The notes under the pieces were generated by a model that did not search any database, was not told the DNA's origin, and saw only the letters and a program-made list of their open reading frames with translations. This document shows positions 26,666 through 34,718 of a DNA stretch of 64,000 nucleotides, piece by piece. The stretch's first letter is position 1. Every line of letters starts with the position of its first letter. The position numbers and the translations under genes are program-made. This DNA is from Planctomycetota bacterium. GTDB taxonomy: Bacteria > Planctomycetota > SZUA-567 > H5-PLA8. The stretch spans positions 9,764 to 73,763 of the forward strand of contig JAKLKQ010000028.1 of assembly GCA_023150555.1 (NCBI GenBank), in the 5' to 3' direction.

Positions 26666-27433
26666 TTACTCGTCCTTCACCAGCACGAACGTCGAGCAGT
26701 AGTGCACGACGCCCTGGCCGTCGACGGTGGGCGCAAAGGGCACGATCTTGTGCACGCGCCAGCCTTCGTATTCGACCTTGTGCCGCATGCCGAAGTCGTG
26801 GTGGAACTTCTGGAAGACTTCCGCTTCCGGCCAGCAGTGCCAGCCGGTGTGCAGTCCGAAGGCGAAGCCCTTCTTCTCCGCGACTTCCTGGGTGCCGCGG
26901 ATGTAGGCCGCCATGTCGCCGACCATGGGATTGCCCATCTCCGAAGCGAAGATCCGCGTGTGCACGCCGATGTTGTGGCGGATGAAGACCCCCAGGTGGG
27001 TGCGGCTGTTGCCTTCGCCCTCCGTGTGGCCGGTCGGATAGCCGGTGTTCCGGAATGGTTTCATGTTCCGCGCGATGCTGTGAAAGTTCCCGAAGTAGCA
27101 GGACAGGTCGTTGTGCTGCGCGCCGTTCAACTCGGCCTCGGGGACGGCCTTGGCCTGCGCGACCTTGTCGCTCAACAGCACGACGCGGTGCTTGGTGGCG
27201 TAGTCCCCGCCGCTGGTCTTGAAGGTGGGGTAGCCGCCGACGAAGCCATTCTTCGTCGCGATGGCGTGCGCGCCCCGAAAGAACTCCAACGGGTCGTTCA
27301 TCGAAGGGTTGCCCAGGTCCGAGAGGCTTACGTCGCGGACTTCCAGGCCGTCCTTGTACAGGTACGTGGCCCACGTGTGCGCGGCGTCCTTGCTGGTGCC
27401 GTGGAGCGTGTACATGAGCTGCTGCCGAGCCAT
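26666..27433 (-). CDS. Hypothetical cytoplasmic protein, His/Trp/Gly-rich, no recognised domain
   Basis: Strong RBS AAGGAGGGGG before the ATG. Coding-like GC3 over 255 aa. No signal peptide and no familiar motif. Confidence 0.7.
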   Translation of the reverse strand: MARQQLMYTLHGTSKDAAHTWATYLYKDGLEVRDVSLSDLGNPSMNDPLEFFRGAHAIATKNGFVGGYPTFKTSGGDYATKHRVVLLSDKVAQAKAVPEAELNGAQHNDLSCYFGNFHSIARNMKPFRNTGYPTGHTEGEGNSRTHLGVFIRHNIGVHTRIFASEMGNPMVGDMAAYIRGTQEVAEKKGFAFGLHTGWHCWPEAEVFQKFHHDFGMRHKVEYEGWRVHKIVPFAPTVDGQGVVHYCSTFVLVKDE

Positions 27434-27530
27434 CGATCCCCCTCCTTAATATAGGGTGGAGGCCAGCCTACCACGCCGGTCCCGGACCGCTATTGGGCGA
27501 AGCGGCGAAAAGCTTTCGGGACAATCAAAG

Positions 27531-27620
27531 TTCACCACGGAACCACCGAGGGCACGGAGGAAGAAGCCTGGAAGAGGATCCCTTGCGATCTTTGCGGCTT
27601 TGCGTGAGAGTTTCGCGTGC
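27531..27620. repeat. Composite periodic intergenic repeats (CAC[CG]GAG units, then TTTGCG units)
   Basis: TTCACCACGGAACCACCGAGGGCACGGAGGAAG (27531-27566) is followed by CTTGCGATC TTTGCGGC TTTGCGTGAGAG TTTCGCG (27582-27620). Confidence 0.45.
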
Positions 27621-27635
27621 CTTCCAGCCACGCGC

Positions 27636-28706
27636 TCACTTCTCCATCTTAAGGTGCTTCTTGATGAACGCGAGCATCTCGTCGTTGGGGCTCTGGAAGC
27701 CATCGACGGGGTAGTCGCCGGTCTGGCGCTGCACGCATTCCACGCCGATCTTGTCCATCTCCTTCTTCAGATGCTTGCCGAAGTTCGGATGGTGGATGTT
27801 GCCGTCGGTCGCGGCGCCGTTCGAGTTCTGGATGTAGACCGGGCAGTCGTCCTTGGTCAGCAGCGACAAGGGCCCGCAGTCGGCGATGCGTTTGGCGACT
27901 ACGTCCGGAATCGGGTCCTTGTCCCAGTTAAAATTGGGCGCTACGCCGAAGAGTCCCCTGAGCGCGGGATGGTTGTAGGCGTTGCCCGGCACGATCTCCT
28001 TGATCACCTTCGGGTCGTAGGTGCACTGCGCGTTGGTGGGCAGCGCGCACGCGATGCGGGTGGACTCGCGCGCGACGGGGTCCTCGGCCTTCGGATCGGC
28101 CAGGTCGTCGTGAAAGCCGAGCCACAGCGACAGCCCAGCGCCGGCGGAACTGCCCGTCGAGGCGATGCGAGTCTTGCCCAGGTTCCACTTCGCGGCGTGG
28201 GCGCGCAGGTGCTGGATCGCGCGCGCACAGTCGTGGTGCTGCATCGGATAGGGCCCGATGCCCGTCAGGCGGTATTCGATGCTGGCGAACGAGATCCCCG
28301 CGGCCAGGAACGGGCCGACCAGGTTGGGCACGTTGTTCTTGGTGCCGCTGCGGAAGCCGCCGCCGTGGATGTAGACGACCAGCGGCGTGGGCTTGTCCGA
28401 CTTCGCCAGCCACAGGTCGAAGACCTGCGCTTCGTGTGCGCCGTAATGCTCGTTGGCGACGTCCGGCGCACGAGCGCCGCGCCGCCCCGCATCGCCGCGG
28501 GGCCGCCGTTGGCGGCCGAGCGTCTCGCCGTCTTCTTCGTCGCCGCCCTTTGCAGCGTCGCCGGCGTTCGTTTGATCCGTCTTGGCCGCGCCGTCACCTT
28601 CTTTCGCGCCATCCTCGGCGCGTGCGCCGGCAGCCAGCAGAAGCGAGCACGCGGCCAGCGCCAGGAGCAGGGCCGGAACCAGGTTCATGCCGTTTCGTGC
28701 AGTCAT
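27636..28706 (-). CDS. Secreted alpha/beta hydrolase (esterase/lipase-type)
   Basis: Signal peptide MNLVPALLLALAACSLLLAAGARA, HGGGF oxyanion motif and the nucleophile elbow GSSAGAG. Confidence 0.8.
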   Translation of the reverse strand: MTARNGMNLVPALLLALAACSLLLAAGARAEDGAKEGDGAAKTDQTNAGDAAKGGDEEDGETLGRQRRPRGDAGRRGARAPDVANEHYGAHEAQVFDLWLAKSDKPTPLVVYIHGGGFRSGTKNNVPNLVGPFLAAGISFASIEYRLTGIGPYPMQHHDCARAIQHLRAHAAKWNLGKTRIASTGSSAGAGLSLWLGFHDDLADPKAEDPVARESTRIACALPTNAQCTYDPKVIKEIVPGNAYNHPALRGLFGVAPNFNWDKDPIPDVVAKRIADCGPLSLLTKDDCPVYIQNSNGAATDGNIHHPNFGKHLKKEMDKIGVECVQRQTGDYPVDGFQSPNDEMLAFIKKHLKMEK

Positions 28707-28827
28707 GCGGGAGAGCTCCCAGGTCGTTCGTGAGATATGGTTCAGTTCTTGTGACGCGGCAACTGCCCATTCAACCCAAAGAGCATATCAAAAGGAAGGG
28801 CCGCGTACAGCCAGCGCTCCAGGTGCT

Positions 28828-29306
28828 TCAGCGCGCGCCGCCGCCAATCTTTTCCATGATCATTACCATGGGCGCGAAGTATGCGTAAACGGCGAAATAC
28901 AGAATGAGCACGCCTGCAAATGCGATGGTCCAGCTGAACCAGAGCATGCGTTCGCGGTCTTGGCAGGCCCAGCGAAAGTGGATGATGACAAAACGATGGC
29001 AAGCACGGTGTAGACAACGGGCGCGAGCGGGAAATTGAAGAAAGTCAGGAACCACATCGTTACGACGGGGAGTTCGCCAAGCTCCATCTCTTTGAATATC
29101 TCTTCCAGCTTCGGCGCGATACGGCTGGCGACGGTGACGGAGATGAAGAAAAGAATCAGGAGCAGCAGCGCGATGTACTTTGCGCGTTCGGTTGGTTGCT
29201 GGGGGTGCACCTGGTGTTCATCCGCGGCGTCGAGTGTTTCGTCGTCGTCTGGATCCATGGCGGGATTCTGTCGCCGTTCCGCGCATCCCGCAACTCGAAA
29301 GGGCAC
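28828..29306 (-). pseudogene. Single-domain T2SS-F (GspF/PilC)-like membrane protein interrupted by a frameshift
   Basis: Frame A (29306..28863) reads IAPKLEEIFKEMELGELPVVTMWFLTFFNFPLAPVVYTVLAIV, then loses its hydrophobic character. Frame B (29055..28828) continues VIIHFRWACQDRERMLWFSWTIAFAGVLILYFAVYAYFAPMVMIMEKIGGGAR. Adding one nucleotide near the A4/T4 run at 28990-28993 joins them into a 3-TM T2SSF-type domain. Confidence 0.5.
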
Positions 29307-29312
29307 CGCGCG

Positions 29313-30797
29313 CTAATCGCTTACGTGGGCCCCCTTCGGCACCGCGGGGGATTCCGCAACAGCGGGCAATTCGGCGCGGAACGTCGTGCCGCGTTCGCTG
29401 GTCTCGAAGGTTATCGTCCCGCCGTGTTCTTCGACGACCTGCTTCGCGATCGCCAGGCCCAGCCCGCCGCCGCCGGGCTTGGTGCTGACGAAGAGATCGA
29501 AGATCTTCTCCCGCACTTCCGCCGGCACGCCGGGGCCGGTGTCGGCGACTTCCAGGGTCACCTTGCGCGCGGCGGCGTTCCATTTCGTGCGCACGGTCAC
29601 CTGCCCGTTGCGGACGATGGCCTGCATCGCGTTGAGGATCAGGTTCACGAGCAGTTGCCGGATCTTCGAAGGGTCCAGCGCCAGGTCGGCGGGCAGTCCG
29701 GCGTCGGATTCGAGCGCCGACTTCACGCGCGCGTGGTCGAGCTGATTCTTGAGGAAGGCCAGCGTGTCGGCGCTGAGCCTGTTCAGGTCGGTGGGCTCGC
29801 GTTTGGGCGGGCGCGGGCGCGCGAAGGTGAGCAGTTCCTCGACGGCCAGCGCAAGTCTGTCGAGTTCGCCCAGCACGATGCGGTAGGCCTCCTGCGTGGA
29901 CTCGTCGCCGCCCTTCGCCGCGAGCATCTCGACGGTCATGCGCAGACTGGTGAGCGGGTTACGGATCTCGTGCGCGACCGACGCTGCCAGTTTGCCCGTA
30001 ACCGCAAGACGTTCGGTCTTGATCAGGTCTTCCTGCGACTTGCGCAGGCTCGCGACCATCGTGCGGAAGGCCTCGCCCAGCCGCCCGATCTCGTCGCGCG
30101 GCGTTCCGGCGCCCGCGCCGTCGGTACCTTCCGTTTCCAGCGTCTCGCTCAGGCCACCGGCGGCCAGGCGGCCGGCGTTGCGCGCCAAGTGCCGTACCGG
30201 GCGGCTGACCCATTGCGCGACCAGGCGCCCCAGCAGCGCCGCTAGCCCGATGCCCAGCAGGCCCAGCCAGGCGAAGCGCCAAAGCGCGCGGTCCTTGGCC
30301 GCGTCGAGGGCGCTCTGCGGATACAGGAGGAAGCACTGCCCGCGCAGCGTGCTGGCGTACAGCACCAGGTAGGGAGTGTTGGCAAGCGTCAGACGCGTGG
30401 CGCTGATCTTGTCGACATTGTCCAGGCCCGGAAGGGCCTTGGGATCGGCGGCGGCTGCGCGCAGCTCCTCGACTAGGGTACGGCCGGAGGGGTCGTTGAC
30501 GTCCAGCGTCGTGACGGCCGGCTGCTTGGGCCGGAAGACGACGAACTCGCTGAGCGTCTCGCCTTCATCGATGCCGGCGACGGTGTCGCGGATGCCGCGC
30601 AGGGTGTGCTCGGTCAGTGGCAGCTGGAAATGGCGGTGGGTGGCCAGCGAGAAGAGGAAGCGCTGCTGCTGCTCGACACGTTGCTCGAGTTCGTTGAAGG
30701 TGTCCTGGACCAGCACCCAGCCCAACCCCACAAGGAGCACCGCAAAGAGCGCCACAAAGGGCAGCGTGATCTTGGTAGCCAGGCCGAACCGGAGCAT
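29313..30797 (-). CDS. Sensor histidine kinase (2 TM, periplasmic domain, HAMP, HisKA, HATPase_c)
   Basis: SVAHEIRNPLTSL is the H-box. NLILNAMQA (N box), DTGPGV (G1) and GGGLGLAI (G2) are present. AGGAAG RBS. No response regulator lies adjacent. Confidence 0.85.
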   Translation of the reverse strand: MLRFGLATKITLPFVALFAVLLVGLGWVLVQDTFNELEQRVEQQQRFLFSLATHRHFQLPLTEHTLRGIRDTVAGIDEGETLSEFVVFRPKQPAVTTLDVNDPSGRTLVEELRAAAADPKALPGLDNVDKISATRLTLANTPYLVLYASTLRGQCFLLYPQSALDAAKDRALWRFAWLGLLGIGLAALLGRLVAQWVSRPVRHLARNAGRLAAGGLSETLETEGTDGAGAGTPRDEIGRLGEAFRTMVASLRKSQEDLIKTERLAVTGKLAASVAHEIRNPLTSLRMTVEMLAAKGGDESTQEAYRIVLGELDRLALAVEELLTFARPRPPKREPTDLNRLSADTLAFLKNQLDHARVKSALESDAGLPADLALDPSKIRQLLVNLILNAMQAIVRNGQVTVRTKWNAAARKVTLEVADTGPGVPAEVREKIFDLFVSTKPGGGGLGLAIAKQVVEEHGGTITFETSERGTTFRAELPAVAESPAVPKGAHVSD

Positions 30798-30975
30798 TTA
30801 GGGCTTCCTGTCCTTCAAACGCAACGCGTATGGCCGGTCCAGGGTTCACCCCACATGGTGCATCATTTGGGGCCTGGGACCGGACAAAAGCTCATAACAT
30901 CATAGCGTCATTGGGCTTTCCTGTCAGCGTGCAGGAATCGCCGAAAGGGAAGACTCGTTACGGTTAATTTTACGA

Positions 30976-31003
30976 TTGACATGTGAGAAGGCCTTTCTAA
31001 GTT
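30976..31003 (+). promoter_or_regulatory. Sigma70-like promoter TTGACA-N16-TAAGTT
   Basis: TTGACA (30976-30981) and TAAGTT (30998-31003) lie in an AT-richer intergenic region, about 115 nt upstream of the small lipoprotein gene. Confidence 0.4.
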
Positions 31004-31119
31004 GTTTAGTGCCCAGAGGAAAGCACGAACACTGGATCATGCGGTTCCAGGCCACGGCGTGGATGGTTCCCGCCGAACGCATGATGCGCGTTCGTGTTTG
31101 GATTGGGGAGGAGAGTAAA

Positions 31120-31359
31120 ATGCGGAAGTTCGTTGCGATGCTGGCGATCATCGGTTTCTGTGGTCTCGGCGTGGTGGGCTGCGGCAAGACCGCTGCCAAG
31201 ACGGGTGCCACGGCCACGGTCAAGACCGGGGCGAAGACGGAAGCCAAGACGGGCGAAGCTGCTGCGTCTACCGAAGCCAAGACCGCCGAAGAAGCCAAGA
31301 CGGGCGAAGGCAGCGGCGAAGCCAAGACCGGCGAAGCCGAAGCCAAGACCGGCGAGTAA
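31120..31359 (+). CDS. Small lipoprotein made of AKTGE-type repeats
   Basis: GGGGAGGAGAG RBS. MRKFVAMLAIIGFCGLGVVGC has a lipobox. The mature part is TAAKTGATATVKTGAKTEAKTGEAAASTEAKTAEEAKTGEGSGEAKTGEAEAKTGE. Confidence 0.6.
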   Translation: MRKFVAMLAIIGFCGLGVVGCGKTAAKTGATATVKTGAKTEAKTGEAAASTEAKTAEEAKTGEGSGEAKTGEAEAKTGE

Positions 31360-31393
31360 GTTCGCTTACTACGGTTTTGTAGGAATTCGAAAA

Positions 31394-31428
31394 CAGGGAG
31401 GGAGCTTAGGCTTCCTCCCTGTTTTTGT
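31394..31428 (+). terminator. Rho-independent terminator
   Basis: Stem CAGGGAGG/CCTCCCTG (31394-31401 / 31414-31421), followed by TTTTTGTTG. Confidence 0.7.
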
Positions 31429-31542
31429 TGTATTGGGGTAAATGTGAGGTGAAGATCTCCCGCAGCTTCGCATCTTTATCGCACCTCGTGCGTATTATGA
31501 ATGAATAGTTAGCCGTAATGATGGGCCGGGGGGAGTGCCGTC

Positions 31543-34500
31543 GTGCGCCAGCGTGTTAGAGACCTCTTCTCGGCCGCCACCGCGTGGTACCTCATCGCGC
31601 TGGCCTGGCTGGCGTTCTGCGGCGTGGCAGCGCTATTGATGGCCTACCGCTGCGTGACCCATTCCATCTTCGCCGACCTGATCGACTTCCGGAACGTCCC
31701 GATCCTCGACAGCGTGCAGCGCAGCTACGAGACCTGGTACTTGACGGGCGTAAGCTGCGGCGCCTTCGCATGGCTGGCCCAGGCGCCGTTCTACCGTTCG
31801 CTGATGCGCCGCTGGGAAGGCTGGGGGCTGTGGATGTTCAGCGGCGCGGCGGTTCTGACCACCGGCATCATCGCGCAAGCCGTCACGCCCGCCTCCGGCA
31901 CGACGCTGGCGGCCGTCCGCGCCATCGACGCGTGGGACTGGTTCGTCCTGGCGCTGGGCGTCTCGGCGGCGATTTGCTTCCTGCGCGCGGTGAACCCGCT
32001 CTCCCGCGACGCGCGGGAAGACGAGGATGCCGCGCGTGCCGGGGCGGTCCAGGGGCGCCTGGCGCCGCTGGCCCCGCGCCTGGCGACGATCTACCTGCTC
32101 TGCGTCGCGGCGGTGTTCGTGTACGCATTGTACGATCATCTCAAGTTCTGGGACCCTTCGCGCAACGGCGGGTACCACTACGACAAGTTCTTCGCGGCCG
32201 GCGAGTTGCCCACGGCACACCTGGTGCTGTATTCGACGTCGCTCGTCTTCGCCTCGCTGGCGGCGCTTGTGGCGTGCGGCGGCTACGTCGCGTATCGCTA
32301 CCTCACGCGCCCGGGCCCGGCCTCGGACGGCCGGCGGCTGGCCGCGGCGGTGGCGGCGTCGTGGGCTTTGGCTCTGATGCTGCCGTGGGAGGTGAAGCTC
32401 TTCACTGAGATCCGCGCGGAGGGCGCGTGGATCCTGCCGGCCGGGCTGGTGGGCCTGGCCTTCGCCGGGCTGGCGCCCGTCTGCTTCGTCACGCTGCGCA
32501 CCCTACGCGGCGACCTGCGCGCGGAGAACTGGCATTTCCATCCCTCCGAGCAGGGACTGCTGGCGTTCGCGCTCTTCCCGGTCTACCCCTTGGTGCGGCC
32601 TTTTGGCCCGCGCGGGCCGCGTCTGGCGCTGGCCTGCTGGATGCCCCTCGCCGGTGCGGTGCTGGCGGGCCTGACCTGGTTCGTCAACCGCGTCGAGGAC
32701 CTGTACGACTTCGACGACTGGCGCCAGATGCTGCGCGGCGGGCAGTTCCCGGCACTGCGCATCTTTCTGGCCCTGGCCGGCGCCTACTTCGTCTTCCTCT
32801 GCGGGCGGCGCCTGGTCGAAGTCCTGATCGCCTGGCGCGCGCGCCCGCGGAAGCCCAAGGTGTTGGAAATGCCCGTTGCGCCCGAAGGCGCGGCCACGTT
32901 GACGGAAGCCCCCGCGCTGCCCGCGCCGCAGTTGCTCGCTGGACTCCTTGAACCTGTTGCGCCCATTGAACCGCCGGTGTCCGTTGCGCCTGTCGCGACC
33001 GCCGGTTCGTTGCCGCCCGCGCGGAGCGGGCCGTGGCTGCGAGGCTCGCGCTGGGGCGTGCAGGCCGCGGCACTGGCGTGCCTGTTCTTCGCGACGTGGC
33101 CGTTCTGGGGCTGGGAGCATGTCAGCAAGAACGTCTTCGCGCGCACCTTCGAGTACAGCGGACGGCACGAGTTCGAGATGAACCTGCTGCACTGGATCTT
33201 CGACCTGGACCGCGACGGGTACGCGCAGGTCCTGCACGGCGGCGATCCCGACAACCTCGACGCGTCGGTCCAGGGCGGGGGCCTGCCGCCGCCGTACGAG
33301 GCCGAGGTGCCCGTCGATGAGTTCGAGATCGCCGATCCGGCCAAGGCCGCGGCCTTCCCCAACGTGGCGCTGTTCTTCCTGGAAGGGGTCGCGCCCGAGG
33401 CGATCTCGGCCTACGGCAAGCGCAAGCTTTCCGGCGGTCGGCGCGCCACGCCGCACATGGACGGGGTGGCCGACGAAGGCACGGTCTTCACGAACATGCT
33501 CTGCCCATACCCCAGCACGTGGGACGGATGGTTCGTGACGGTAAGCGGGCGCTTCCTGCGCGTGATGGAGATGAACACGTCGCGGCCTTTCGGCGAACGC
33601 TACAGCCGCTACAACAACCTCCACAAGATCATGAAGCTGGCGGGCATCCAGCGCTTCTGCCACGCCGACACGGCGCCCTATCCCAGCCTGCTGGTGCCGA
33701 GCGACGACCGCATGGACAACTACGAGGACGGCTTCGACAGCATCGTCAGCGACGAGGAGGAGAAGAAGGAGATCTGGCGCGGCGACAAGCGCGCCGACCG
33801 CCTGGTGGACTTCATCGATTCGCTCGAGGAGGGCGAACGCTTCTTCCTCTGCGAGCACATGTCCGACACGCACTTCCCCTGGAACCGCACGCCCAAGTGG
33901 CGCGCGAAGGAACTGGGCTTCCCCGACGGATTGGAGTTTGCCGAGGAAGACGCCATCGTCGAAGGCACGCGCAACAACAAGAAGTCCTGCTACTACCAGA
34001 CCATCACCCGCATGGACGCGCAGATCGGCCGCGTGCTCGAACGCCTCAAGGAGCGCGGGCTGTACGACAACACCATGGTCATCATCATCAGCGACCACGG
34101 CTGCCAGTGGTGGGAGCACGAGCACCTCTACTACGTCGCGCATCTGTACCATCAGAGCCTGCACGTGCCGTGCATCGTGCGCGTGCCCGGCCTGGAGGCC
34201 GCGCCCAAGGCCGGCGCGTGGACGATGCAGCAGGACCTGCTGCCCACGCTGATGGACCTCGCCGGCATTCGCCTGAAGGATCCGCGCGCCGACTACCCGC
34301 TTCCGGGCCTGAGTCTGCTGCCGCTGATGCGGGGCGGAGACGACGCTGGGCTCCTGGCGGAGTACCGCAACCGCGACATGATCCTGACCACGCACTACGA
34401 CATGCTGGGCTCGATCCGGAACTTCCGCGAAAAGCTGATCTTCGACCGGCCCAGCGGAACGTACCTGCTCTTCGACCTCGAGAAGGACCCGCAGGAGATG

Positions 34501-34632
34501 CATAACCTCGCCGACTCGCGGCCTGAGCTGCTGCAGGAGATGCTCGACCACCTGCGCGGCATGGTGAAGAAGCACCCGGCCTTCGTCGGCGGCGTCTACG
34601 ATCCCGATGTCGACGGCCCGCCCAAGAAATGA
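31543..34632 (+). CDS. Polytopic membrane protein (>=10 TM) with C-terminal sulfatase-fold (alkaline-phosphatase superfamily) domain
   Basis: GGGGGAG RBS before the GTG start. The N-terminal ~480 aa are highly hydrophobic and a Pro-rich linker follows. The C-terminal ~470 aa carry FFLEGV..., FTNMLCPYPSTWDGWFVTVSGR, ISDHGCQWWEH and other sulfatase-family blocks. Confidence 0.8.
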   Translation: MRQRVRDLFSAATAWYLIALAWLAFCGVAALLMAYRCVTHSIFADLIDFRNVPILDSVQRSYETWYLTGVSCGAFAWLAQAPFYRSLMRRWEGWGLWMFSGAAVLTTGIIAQAVTPASGTTLAAVRAIDAWDWFVLALGVSAAICFLRAVNPLSRDAREDEDAARAGAVQGRLAPLAPRLATIYLLCVAAVFVYALYDHLKFWDPSRNGGYHYDKFFAAGELPTAHLVLYSTSLVFASLAALVACGGYVAYRYLTRPGPASDGRRLAAAVAASWALALMLPWEVKLFTEIRAEGAWILPAGLVGLAFAGLAPVCFVTLRTLRGDLRAENWHFHPSEQGLLAFALFPVYPLVRPFGPRGPRLALACWMPLAGAVLAGLTWFVNRVEDLYDFDDWRQMLRGGQFPALRIFLALAGAYFVFLCGRRLVEVLIAWRARPRKPKVLEMPVAPEGAATLTEAPALPAPQLLAGLLEPVAPIEPPVSVAPVATAGSLPPARSGPWLRGSRWGVQAAALACLFFATWPFWGWEHVSKNVFARTFEYSGRHEFEMNLLHWIFDLDRDGYAQVLHGGDPDNLDASVQGGGLPPPYEAEVPVDEFEIADPAKAAAFPNVALFFLEGVAPEAISAYGKRKLSGGRRATPHMDGVADEGTVFTNMLCPYPSTWDGWFVTVSGRFLRVMEMNTSRPFGERYSRYNNLHKIMKLAGIQRFCHADTAPYPSLLVPSDDRMDNYEDGFDSIVSDEEEKKEIWRGDKRADRLVDFIDSLEEGERFFLCEHMSDTHFPWNRTPKWRAKELGFPDGLEFAEEDAIVEGTRNNKKSCYYQTITRMDAQIGRVLERLKERGLYDNTMVIIISDHGCQWWEHEHLYYVAHLYHQSLHVPCIVRVPGLEAAPKAGAWTMQQDLLPTLMDLAGIRLKDPRADYPLPGLSLLPLMRGGDDAGLLAEYRNRDMILTTHYDMLGSIRNFREKLIFDRPSGTYLLFDLEKDPQEMHNLADSRPELLQEMLDHLRGMVKKHPAFVGGVYDPDVDGPPKK

Positions 34633-34641
34633 CTCGCGGTT

Positions 34642-34666
34642 CGCGTCTTTCAACGACGCGGGTTTT
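34642..34666 (+). terminator. Small hairpin terminator
   Basis: CGCGTC/GACGCG stem with a 7-nt loop, followed by GGTTTTGCG. Confidence 0.45.
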
Positions 34667-34718
34667 GCGATAAAGAGTGTTCCGCGATGACCCCGTTTCG
34701 TTACCCACGAGAGTTTCC

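Noticed and set aside
31190-31356. Tandem GCCAAGAC[CG]GGC repeats as a possible CRISPR-like or VNTR array
   Set aside because: The repeats are short and imperfect, lie in frame within a lipoprotein ORF (AKTGE repeats) and lack unique spacers. This is coding low complexity, not CRISPR.
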